NCBI GenBank assembly: GCA_050084515.1 | Contig: CM114271.1 | Location: 37,696,001-37,760,000 of the forward strand | Reading direction: 5' to 3' | Source: Blasia pusilla | Taxonomy: Eukaryota | Length of the DNA stretch: 64,000 bases | Shown: positions 13,454 through 25,454 of the stretch, piece by piece | How the letters are laid out: each line of letters starts with the position of its first letter | Position numbering within the stretch: the stretch's first letter is position 1 | The notes under the pieces: generated by a model | Seen by the model: the letters and a program-made list of their open reading frames with translations, nothing else | What the model was told of the DNA's origin: nothing | The model's database searches: none | Made by a program: the position numbers and the translations under genes

Positions 13454-14049
13454 ATGCCGACCCTTTCGGTGAAGAAGGAGCTCAAAGTCTCGCCGGAGAG
13501 GCTATGGGCCGCCCTCAAGGACCTTCCCAACGTCTTGCCAAAGATCATGCCCTTGTTAATGGTTCAAGTGGAGATGATCAAGGGTACGGGCGGCGAGGGT
13601 AGTGTACGAGTCATTAGGTATCCCACAGGTATGTCTCCAAGTCTTGGCTGGCGATTCGTCTTCATTCTTGCAACCTCGCTCTTTTGTTTCTTCGTATCGT
13701 CGATGGGCGTCAGGCTGAGGCCGAAGTTCTGATTTGACGCCTTGCGTCTGCAGGGATGAAGATAGTTGAGTACGCTATAGCTCGTATCGACCACGTCGAC
13801 GAATCGAGCAGGACGGAGGTGCACAGCATCATTGGCGGAGAAATGCGGGAAAAGTTCTATTCCTTTTACAGGTGCACCAAGACTTTCGCACCTCACAGGG
13901 ACGGGACGACATCCATGGTCACTTGGACAGTAGAGTATGAGCCGATAGCTCAAGGGAAGGCCGAAGCATCGAGGAAGGCTGTCGAGGCCATATTGACGCA
14001 GTTGGAGCACTATCTCATGAATTGCAACGACTATATCACGATCGAATGA
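13454..14049 (+). CDS. PR-10 / Bet v 1 (MLP/START-fold) family protein, 156 aa, two exons: 13454-13628, 13754-14049
   Basis: A GTATGT...CTGCAG phase-1 intron joins ORFs 13448-13732 and 13756-14049 in frame. The protein has VSPERLWAAL, the glycine loop KGTGGEGSVR, SIIGGE, VTWTVEYE and C-terminal LEHYL, all typical of PR-10. The single intron just after the Gly loop and the length fit the family. Confidence 0.92.
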
Positions 14050-15427
14050 GTGGCTCCACATCCCCCCTTCCTAGACCGTGTGTTGTATAGTCTCCCTCGC
14101 AGTCTAGGGTAATCACTGGGCGGTCTGCTGGATACCATGCCAAGAGTGGTTCCAGTGCATCCAACCTGTCTGTACACTCTCCACATCGGCTTTTACGGCC
14201 CAGTCCCGAGTATGTGACTTTTACTGGAATATCCGCTCTCCGGGATGCCTCTCTTTTGCTTTTGGGTTCCTTCCTTTATCTCTAAGGGCGCAGCGCTGCA
14301 CGCACGTTAAGTGGATTACCGACCTTGTTGCCGTGCTCGCTGTCCGGTACATCTCTTTCAAGTCAGCTTGGAGTCCTCGATGAACACAGATGAGTGATGC
14401 GTATCAAGGCGATGGAAATCGGCAGTAACACCACTGATTCTTTCTCGCATCCGATGAGAATGCGCTCCCTCAACGCTACCTAGCCCAGGGAGACGTCCAG
14501 TGAAGCATGTGTAGTACTACTCCTAAGGATCGCCCACACATCTCTCAGACGCTGACATTCGCCTCCTTTACCGGCCAATTACGGTCGTTGGTACGCGTAG
14601 GACCTGTGTCTTTTTATTGTTAACCCGGCAGCCTGGATGACTACTCAGCACAATCCTCAAGTTCAACGAGGAAGACGAGTTTTGCAAGCTGGAAGCAACT
14701 ACTACGACTCTGGGGCGCCTTGGGTTACAGACCATGTCTGGAGTTGCATCCAGCGAATGGAAGCAGTCTGCCGCGTCTCACTTCCTATCAATGTTTTTCG
14801 GAGAAGGATCTGTGCATCATCTTTTCCTGTTTTTTCAAGAGTGCGATGGTGCCAAGGAAGTCGAGGAGAGGGTGTTTGTGGGGTCGCTTTCCAGTGAGGG
14901 TGAGACATCGACCACCGAGGGGTTGGGATATTCTACCTCCTTCTGCCGCGCCTATGTAGATATCTACATGATGGAGGTGCAAATTCTCTTCGCGCACACG
15001 AGGATCGAGCGAAGAGTCTTTGCATTTTCGCAGCAGGTGCGCAATCCTCACGGGACTGTTGAGAAGTTTTATAGCACATGGTCCATGCGCGACTTCGCTC
15101 TTGAAACGCCCAAAAAAAGGGATTACAGTTTGAACTATGTTTGAATTATGCTACCTGCCCATAACTCTCATCTCAGCTGGAGTCTGATCCATACAATCTG
15201 GCCTCAAATGAATCATCTTTTGGACCTTAGGCCCAGCTCTACTGCTGCCGAACTACGACTGTGCTTGGGAGAACTTGAAGCAGAAGGTTGAGCTTGTGAG
15301 GGTTCTAGATATGCATTTGAGATACAGCTCCCTGCCTCATAACGCGGCATCTTAGGCGAGTGGTGCTCAGGAAGAGTAGTCTACCATTATCAAGGTATCA
15401 AGTCTCTACCAACGGTGGAATTTGTCG

Positions 15428-15430
<3 letters not shown>

Positions 15431-15475
<45 letters not shown>
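15431..15475. repeat. (GA)22 microsatellite
   Basis: Perfect GA run seen directly. Confidence 0.97.
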
Positions 15476-15479
<4 letters not shown>

Positions 15480-18400
15480 TGTAAATGGTGACAGGGGCTC
15501 TTGCGAACTCATCCCTACTTGGACCTGCCTCCTCAAAGATATGACACTGCGTACTAGGATAAAGTCACTGGTCTGCCCAGCAGGACTGAGACTGTCACGC
15601 CCTTCCACGTGGTGCTCTACTTTATTTGAACGCGATGGCAAGGTAGTGCAGATATAGTTCTCAAATTTAGCTATGCTTCTTGCAAAGCTGTGTACAATGA
15701 TATGATGTTAAGGGAAAACATTTTTTCACCTGTCACGAAATTTGTCTACAATTACGAGCATGTGAACTGTTCTCGAGGATTGCCGAATCGATATCAATGT
15801 CGTGAGTCTCGTGTGGAGGCTGTTTGACTACATATATGTTACCTGCTGTGTTTTGATGCTGAGAAGCTGTTACACAGGTTACTGGAAATCATACGCGTAT
15901 GAAGGGGAATACCTCAGCAATTGTGGGCTCCTGCATTGGAATACCTCAACCTAGCACTTGATATCACGCGCTTCTTTGTCAGGAGAAGCAGTGGCTCGAG
16001 TTCATGAAGTTAATGAGGCTTCGTGGTTTCATGCCGAGCGAGTCGTTTCCCCTATTGATGGCTAGTGAAATCTGGGATTTCGAACACGTCCTTCACCGTC
16101 GTGAGTTTGGGGAACCTGTCACGTAAATTACACGATTTATCTGCCTTAGACAAGTGGTCCTGGGAACAGTGGGATGGGTGTAATGAGAGGATAAGTGGCT
16201 CGACCACAGCCGATACATCGGGTCTTTTTTGACAGACGACTACTGCCGAAATCTTTACTTTTTCGTGTCACAGTTCCCTGCCGAGTCACGAGTCAGAACT
16301 CTAGATCAGAAGGTGTCCAGAACAGACGGCACTACGCGATGGTGTCTACCTCTATGTCGAAGTCGGGTAGGTAGCTGTGTCAACCTCAGGGTAACGCCCA
16401 AGAAAACAACATGCAGAATTCCTCCGAACTGACAAACCTTTCCATTCCTCATGTCCTCCAGCCGCGAAGAAATGCTTGAAGCGCCAGTGCTCTCTTTGGG
16501 CCACTCCTTAGGACAGTAAGATCTTTCTTCGTCCACGATAGGAAAACTCCACCACTTTCGCACTTCCATACCAAGAGCCCTATACTGCCATTTGAAACTC
16601 AACAAACTTCTAGCCAAGGACTTCGATATGAGTACAACATGTGGACGAAAGGTCGCGGATACGCCTTTCCCTCCGATGCGATCGTATGCGACAAGCAGAG
16701 GGCAAACGAGGGAAGCAAGATGGAGGCAAAAGTGCAAATCTGGGAAGGATGATATCTTCGCTTTGCCTCTAAAATCTAGAATGCACTTTTATCCGCCTTT
16801 GTGGACGGGCAGAGGGATCATCTAAGCTGACCCATACTCCTCTGCAGCGATCCAAAACCCCAAAGCCGACACGGACATTGAGGGACGACGCTTCAAATCA
16901 CACAAATGAGCTCCATAGCAACAACTGTATCCTCCTCGGGATTCCTCCTCCTCACCGCCTCTCAATTTCTTCGCCTTTTCTGGCTTCCGATTGATTCTCC
17001 CAATTGCCACGCAGTGCGGTCCTTCGCTAGCCCGTTCCTGGATAGTCGGGGCTGCTTCGGGCCGTCCTGGTGGCGTCCTTTTCCGGAACAAGTCCCCCAA
17101 GATTCCCCGGCAGGGCCCAGCCGGCGTCCGAAAAATGCCGGCGCCGGCTGTGCTCGGCCGATTCAGTCGTGGCCGCAACCGTATGTTACGCTGGGTCTGG
17201 TTGCCACGGGATAGCCTGTGCTACGTGTCTTTATTCGATTCCGCGAGAGAAGGTGGCAACTTCTCTCGCGGAACAACTTTATGAGTCCAGGATATCATAC
17301 ATGTTTCATTACAGTTGTCACCAAATGTATGGCATCTTCGAAATGTATCCCCTCCACTATTTTCGTATTATTTTGTCTCCAACGAAACATTATAGTAAGG
17401 AACGAACAATATGCCCTCTTTAAGGCTTCATGGGCTACGCTACAAAGCTGTTTTATTCCATTATAGCCCACTATGGTCAAATGTACATCCTAGTATCCTA
17501 CTCACCCCTATGGGCTGCCCCTCGCGTCCCATGATAGCGTAACTTTTTGTTCACATCTTATTCAGGAAGAGAGAGGAAGAGAGGCCGGAGAGCCAGCCAC
17601 TGTCATCGCATTTGTGATGGATCGAGGAGTGACAACAAAAAGTAAATACAAGGAAAACCCATTATAAAAGTGTGGCAAACAGCACGAGAAAGGAAAATTT
17701 GGATGGTGGTTACACGACGCGAAGGTTCGGGCAACGGAGAAAGAATCAAACGAGTGGAATATGCGCGGAAGGATTATAAGTCAACCCTCAGAAACTCCCA
17801 CATGAATTTTAAATCGCCAAAAAAAGAAAGTGATCCCTTTGTGTTACACGAAGTTACGCTTTCATTCATTTCTTGGTGACCGAAAACTCATTAAAAATTT
17901 CACGGCACCAGCATTATCGTTATCTCAAATTTGACGACGCGGAGGGCAAGCTCATTTTCGATTACTTTTTACATCACTTTCCAAACTAGGAATAATGGAG
18001 CGATATCCGTCTTTATGGCGTTCAGCCATCTCCCTCGCACGGAATTTCCAAGCAGATGTTCTAAAATCCCTCACCTAGTAGTATCTTCCCAGGTCACAAC
18101 GAGATTTCATACGCCAACCCCAGAAACGAAAATATCTCCTTCATGTGCGCATATGGAACTCTTGTGCGGCTGAAGTTGCAAGTACGAAAGATAAGGAGAG
18201 TTAAACGCGTTCTTGCGAGGAAAAGCTAACCTCGGATTCCGCTGGGCAGGGCAGCATTTAGAGGAAGATTTTCAAAGCAGCATGAGGAAAAACATATCGT
18301 CCTGCCAGAGATTATGCCTCCCCGAGCACGCAACAGCGAGCGAGCGAGCGGGAGGAGAGAAAAGGACATGTGTAGTTCCATCTGGTATGAGTGACTCAAT

Positions 18401-21400
18401 GAGATGAAGAGTTCCAAATAGGACGGGCTAATATTATCCAATTTTGTCATTTGTGCACATGTCGTAGGTCAGTGATCTTGGACAAGTCATGATGACCTCG
18501 TCCCTCATGGTGACATGCAACAAGAGGGGGGGAGTGAGGGAGGGAACCCAACCTGTCCTCCCCCGACCTCACCCATCGCTCTTGCCCACCATCAGATATT
18601 GGAGTATAAATGAACTTAAACCTATTCTTTCTCTTATCGCCTGCCACTTCTTCCTTTTCAGGACATAAACTTTAATAGAAACTGGGATGGAAAACTCATG
18701 GGGATAAGGGGGGGTTTAGAGAGGAAAAAAACCCAGGGGCCGAAACCGCCCCGAAGAGACATAACGGGTCTCCTCCTAACGACCAAAATCATCAACAATA
18801 GAGACAATATCAGAAACACTTATAAAACTACGGCTAATATTACGTGGGCTACTACTAGGTCAGTTGTGGCCTTCGGATACTTGACTCCCCCTCTTTTGTT
18901 TTTAAGATGGGTTTGGATCATGAGTATTTAGTGTGGTTGTAGATGGGTGCAATTTGGTTTCATAAATGCCACCAACTCGCTTTGAGCCAATACGATGTGC
19001 GTGGGTTCAGATTGGATCATTGGGATGGAGTTCACACAACTTTCTTCCAACTTGGACTCATTCCTTCCCTTCCCAAACAATTTCTGGGGAGAATCGGGGT
19101 TATGTGTTGAGCTGGTGGGAAGAATTTGAGAATTACTGATTCAGTTTGTCACTTACCGGCCAAAAACTGAGGGTTCAGGGAGGGTGTCCTTTGTATTCGT
19201 ATCTGTTTAGCTGGCTGGAATGACAAAATCTTCAAAAATTTCCGCTCGGTTTTGTAGAGACCGGAAATGTTCCGGTTGTCACGAAAAAACTCCCCGACCC
19301 TGTTCCCAATGCCGAGACTCAATCCACTCCAAACAGCTGTAATTCCTTAGATCAACCAACTTTTGGATCATGCGATATGATTAGTGAGGTAGTGGTTGGG
19401 TTGGGGATGGATGAATAAAGATGGACATAGAGGACGTTAAGAACCCCTATAAATCTCAACTCTTTTAACAGTAATTCCAAAGGTGAAATGAAACACTTTA
19501 TATGAAAAATATTGTCATTATATATGAAAAAAAAAATAGTTTTGAAAAATTACCCTCTAGTGGAGGGTTCCGACCCATTCACATATGCTCAACGACTTTG
19601 ATACATATGAAAAGTGAACTCCGAGCTTGGTGTTGTGAAACACAAATTACTATTCGTTTCCACGTGGCCGACATGGACTCTATCCAACAAGGCAAGAATT
19701 GATGTCCATGGGCTAGGTTTACCTCATTAACCAAGTAGAGCTTTGTGGTTGATGTGGCCAATGACGGAGCCTCACTTTTAGAGCCATATTGAAACCATAA
19801 TGAGCTGGAGAGTTCATGCAATTTTGTGTAATTTCGCAATAAGCCTCAAGAAAGTGCAAACATATATGGATCGAGTTTCACACTATCATTTATCATTTCA
19901 TGCGACCCTCATGTATCTAGCTAGCTAGGGTGCTTGTGGCAACTATGGTTGGAAGTACCACACTCAAGTCTATGAGTTTCGAGGACACAATATTCGACAC
20001 ACTTGCTATTATCGGGAACCAATTAAAATAGTTTGGAAGTTACGTGCGGTGTCTCACCAATTCTTTCTTTTGGCTAGAAGGGAAGGGGACCAGAAATTGC
20101 GTAAAAGTTTGGAATTTTCAAGGAAAGAGTGATAAACGAAGTTCGTGTTCTAGCTTTGTGCGCACGAAAATACCCAAACTAGAATTTATCTCCCACTTCT
20201 TTTGTCCTCCAAGTCCCATGGGATGTAGTGGTTTGGTAACAAGACCCCTAGCGCGGACTTGGAGATAAGAAACTAATATAAATGAGAACATCTATATTAT
20301 TAAGGTGGGAGTGGAAATCTTAAAAAAACAAAAAAAAAATCCACTTAAAGGGGTTTCTGCAGTTCCAGTAATACTAGTGGTAACTAAGAAGGTACCCGGT
20401 TTAGGTGAGAGAATGTAACCCCAAAAGCAGATCCTCTTTCTTCCCATACAAATTCAGAGAGAATGAGTTAAAATCGCATTCGTCACTTTAAAGGCTTTCT
20501 GCCAAGCCCCTAGGGCAACTATGGGAGCCCTCGTGCAAATGTAAACGCGGTTAGAACGTAGAAACGGCTTTATGTTGTCAAGAGGACACCTCTAACAAGG
20601 TAGTTCACCGAAAGAAGAAATTGACCACCTCGTGCATGTGCGCTTACATCAATCACATTTGTGTACATGACCAAGAGAACAAGTGCAGCAAGATCTCGAA
20701 GTTGGGGTGAGGACTTTGGACGCGAGTCTTCTTCATGCAATTTGGTCAGTTGTCATGATCGGTCCTGCGGAGTATGGTCTTGCAAACCACAAGTCGAGAA
20801 GGACAGGGCCTACCACTCGTCGTCAGGTCATGAGTACGTGGCCAGAGTCGAACCCGATCCGCAACGCGGAGAGTAAGTACCTTAGACTCTTGAACGCCAC
20901 ACGAAGTTACGTCTTGGCAGTTTCTGGGCACTGTTAACGTAGCGTAGATCGTAGATTTCGCTCAAGCTTGGGTGGAGCGGGCATCTCAGCGCCATCATGG
21001 GTGGTGGTTTTGAAACATTAACGAATTCGTTGACTCATCCGATCCAGCTTCGGTGAGGAGCACTGAGGACAGATGGACGTCTGTACGATCTACGCTACTC
21101 ATGAATAACACACCACCCCCATGGCTGCAATCGCACTTGAAGAGTTCGATCCGTAGTTGATACGTAACCCTAGATCCGGACTGCTAGCTTGTCTAGGTTG
21201 ACATCGATTCCTCATCTGCCAACCAGACATCTACCGGGATTCTACCCAATACCGATCTCTGCCAGTCTCCTAACTACCGACCACAGGCAGCTTGTGGAAG
21301 CGCAGCTTGAGTGCTCGGCAGGACTCACATTACATCCCTTGGTTTAGTGTGCTTGACATGCAAAACCTCGAGCCCCGCGGCACAAGTCGAAGCTGATAGT

Positions 21401-24400
21401 CAGTTTGTGTCACGTAGCGGGTTATTTCATGAAGGATGGCAGGTAGAAGTTGTGTGTGCAGGGTCGAGGATGCTTTCTTTTGAGGAAGTTCGAGGCCTGT
21501 AAGCTACCCTGTGAGATTCCCCGCTTCGTCTTATTGATGGAGCCACTCGGAAGAAAAAAAAAAAAAAGCCTGCATAGAAGAAGAAACACCAGGGTTGGAT
21601 TGGGGCTGGGGAAAATTAATAGCAATTATCCTAAAAGAGCATAGTACCACTGGGAAGGACTTCTAGCAATGACGTCTCCTTAAACCTGAGCCGACCTCAA
21701 AAGTACATTGGCTTGGGCACGTTCTTAAGCCAGTGATAGACACATTGGGAATATGACAAAATGCAAGCTGGGAGGCGACACCAGGACGAGAGAACTACAG
21801 ACATAGGTAAGTACCCGCTGCCCGCACACTGCGTATGCGGTCTTAACACTATGTCTTCATGAACACGATGTAGGAACCTGGTGATTTTTTAACTCTCCAG
21901 AGAATGGAGTCAAGCCGCCGAATAATCTTCTCATGTGAAGACGAGGAAGCGAAGTACGAATTGATCGACTTTGCAGAGACAGTTCATGATAGTTGTTGAG
22001 CGGAAATCCTGAAATCCGTTACTTCGCATCAGTGCGGTGCTGACGTATCATTGATGGGGATCATCATACGCTCGCTGAATCCCGTGGGCCAGAGGATCTT
22101 GAATGAAGGCCGTTGATAGTGTGATGACAGAAGTCCCAGCGACGAGCTCTGGTGACTGCAGAACCGCATATTCCAAATGCTTTCGTTTATGTATGGATTT
22201 GTTGTACTTTGCCTAAAACTGTTTTGTTTACTATTAACATCGAGAATCCCCACATGCGTGAAACACCCTGCCTCAGGTCCAGTAGTCTACTGTTACCGAT
22301 TTAGCCCTGACAGTTGTGCGAGGTGTAACATCGGGATCACAAGGTCGGGCACGAAAAGAATAATTGCTTGCGAATTTTCCGAGGACTTTTAAATCCGACG
22401 GTTCGGTGTTCGCATCATATGGTTGATTGATGAGAATAGGCAGAGGCCGGGGTTTTCGGTTCCCTGGTTCAATTTCTGTTTGCTTTTCCTTCTGTTTCTC
22501 GTTCTCGTACTCCCAATGATCGGCCATGCCTTGTGATGGGGAGTTAGGACTTGATCGAGTGCGCATTCGTTTCTACAGATTTTGATTAAACGGAATAAAG
22601 AGCGTCAACATCACCAGAGTATGTGACGCCAGTCGTAACAACTGTAGTGTTCGCGAGCCTATCCGCGCTCCTCGTTCGCAGGACGCGTAAACTACTCACT
22701 GTAGAGCTAATGGTGTCCAAGGTTTAAATGCAATTCATGGACGTGGACAGAATTCATGAAGTGGAATTCAGGTAAAGCCTTTAGAATCTGCCAATAATCT
22801 TGTGCCCGTTCCCAATGACACTCTGGCTGTAGTATTCCGCAGACCAGCAGATTGGCTAGTGTCTCTGAGCCGAGCAACCACAATGATTACAAAATCCTGA
22901 CTCACCCCACACAGCTCTCAGGTTCCGACTCATAAACAGACGGCGGAGGTTAAGCGAGGGGAAATTTTGAACACCTTCATGATCATACAGTTCACTATCA
23001 GAACAAGAGTGAGTTACGAACGGGAAAAAAATCGTTTGTGAGAAGGAGCTGCAGAGAGGGCTGGTGGATGGATCGTTACCTACGCTGCATGCTGCTGCAG
23101 CACAAGTACATGCGCACCGGCGATATGATTCGGACGATATCAGAAGAGCCAGAGGATGCCTGCAATGGCGGTTGACACAGTTGCAACGCTAGTGTGGAGT
23201 TTCCACTGTCCCTTGGCTTACCCAAGTTATGCAGGAGGGCCGGGGTGGTTCCTGGAGAATCCATAATTTTTCTGTCAAAAAAATTTGCCTGCGTGCGGTT
23301 GTATCAGGTGGAATGTAGTAAGGCTGTATAAATAAACAAGGCCATACGTCCCTAATTCTCATCCTTGGTCCCCACTTCAGGAGATCACGTAACTGAGCTT
23401 GCAAGAGCGGCCGTTTCCTCAACCGGGAATCGCTACCCGCCAAGTTCTACACATGGCGGCACGAAGTCGGCTCCTGGGAAAGTAAGGATTAACATTCTCC
23501 GTTCGATTCTGTTTTTCTTTGATTGATTAGATTAGATGGATGTTCCGTAGGCGTGGGAATGGTTTGTCGAGATCTTCGATCCATTCACAGCAGTCAGTAT
23601 CTACTATCTACGCTACGCCTGCGACGACGGAACACTGTAGTGACGGCAATTTGTCTCTTCCCAATAAAGGCTTCGCGTTAGTCCGCATCTGGCTTCTGGA
23701 GGCTGACGTTGCGGTGGTGTAAATGTAAACAATTGTTCTTATAACAATGGCAAACAGTTTCTTTTCCCTCACGAAGATTGGACCTCGCCTCGGATCGTTT
23801 AGTTAATTCTGGACGCTTCATGAAGATGATTGACAAATCATGGTTGACAGAGATCTAGATTCTCGATGGACCGTTCAGCCCCAGACGGATGACCCAATCA
23901 ATCCGGGTCTTTCCTCCTGAGTTCTTACCGGGGCGTACTCCCGAAGTCCCCTGTTTCCGTTTCATCCTCCAAGTACTTCAAACACGCTCCATCAACCGCG
24001 GACGCACGGAGACCCGCCCTTCTTCCCATTTGATGGCCCCGACTTCCAAAGCCCTACTCGTTCTCCTTACGGCATTATTCTTTCTTTCTCCTATAGTAGT
24101 TCTCCACTCCATCCGTGCGCAGAGCGGTCCAGCCCAGCCTACGAGAGCCTCAAGAATCTCCGCAACCCGCTGAACGTTGTTCACATTCCCGAATTTTCGG
24201 ACATCGCAGGCAGCACCACGGATCAGGACGGATTCGCACGGCGGGATTGATGGTGCAGAACTGTGGTGTAGGCTTTCCACCTCCGGTACTCCGAGTCCGT
24301 GGAGTTCACTCGCACGGAACATACAGAGAGTGACGACTGCGGTGGGCACCACCGCTATACTGATTAAAGGCTGCACTGCCAAAACCGAGAATCATAACTG

Positions 24401-25454
24401 GCACTTCAGATTACTAATTTTAGTAAGGTTCGCTGGTTGTCGTCGAGTGTTTCCGGCAATCCTCGCTATTAGGGTCGGCTGGATTGGCTGGTGAGTGTCA
24501 TCAAATATTCAATCAAATATCTTTCTCACAATACGATACATTTCCAATGATTAAATGGAAGCGAAACACATGAAAATCATTTTCTTATGAGGATATTAAT
24601 GCAAGAGAATAAATTATTTTTTAAGGAAGAGTAGCGTGATTTTCGGGTGATTAGTAGGAGAGGCGGGTCATAAAATCGAGGAAAAATCTCATGGCACGGA
24701 AAGGATGGAATCCTCTAAGATCTAGAACATAATTCCAAATAGAAAAATCGTTACTGTGAATTTTCTAAGTGAAATAAATTTACTGTGAAATAAATTTCTA
24801 TGGAAAAAGGGACAAAATAATTTTGGAGTGGAAAATTTCAAATGTTGTTGAAATAACTATGAACTATTCAAACTTAGAGTTGTCCAATGGGGAAATAAGA
24901 TGTGGAATTTTCTGGCTATGCAAAGGGAATGGCGTTGAACTTGTTATCCATTGATTCACAAACAAATGTCTGAAAAAATAGTACCCTTACAAATTGGTTC
25001 TAAAACTGAATTATTTTTCACTATGGTATTGCCGGAAACCCTCTTTATTGGATACTTTAGTTGTATGACCCTTGTGACCTAAACGATAAGGAAAAGTTGC
25101 ACTAGTATCATGTATTCACAAGGTCCACTACCTCACTAGAAAAATTTTAAGAGAAGGTTCATCGTGATGGTATCATAGCTACGAGACCTGCATTGAGATC
25201 TGCAATGGAATTTTAGAGTGTGGTTCCTTAAAGTTTAGGAGGAGTAGTTATGGGACATAGTTTGAGTCCTAAGACAATCACAATTGACTACTCTTTCCTA
25301 GTAGGGAAGATGTTGAGTTTAAACATAATATCATGAAAACAAAATTAAGTTTCATGTTTATAATAGCCACAAAACTAACCAATAAGAATTAATGATTCGA
25401 TGGACTCTTCTAACTTACTTGCTATCTTTGTTTACGTGTGCGCATGTAGATCTA

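Noticed and set aside
12807..14061. Long ORFs 12807-13151, 13010-13447 and 13564-14061
   Set aside because: Shadow ORFs over the GC-rich leader and antisense strand of the PR-10 gene, with no family features.
16822..17423. Overlapping 97-118 aa ORFs in GC-rich DNA
   Set aside because: Several frames are open because of high GC content and none resembles a known protein.
20291..20377. TCTATATTATTAAG...CTAGT tiny Helitron-like segment
   Set aside because: No convincing subterminal hairpin or second copy.
21705..21734. 12-bp G-U-rich stem-loop
   Set aside because: Too short to distinguish from chance.
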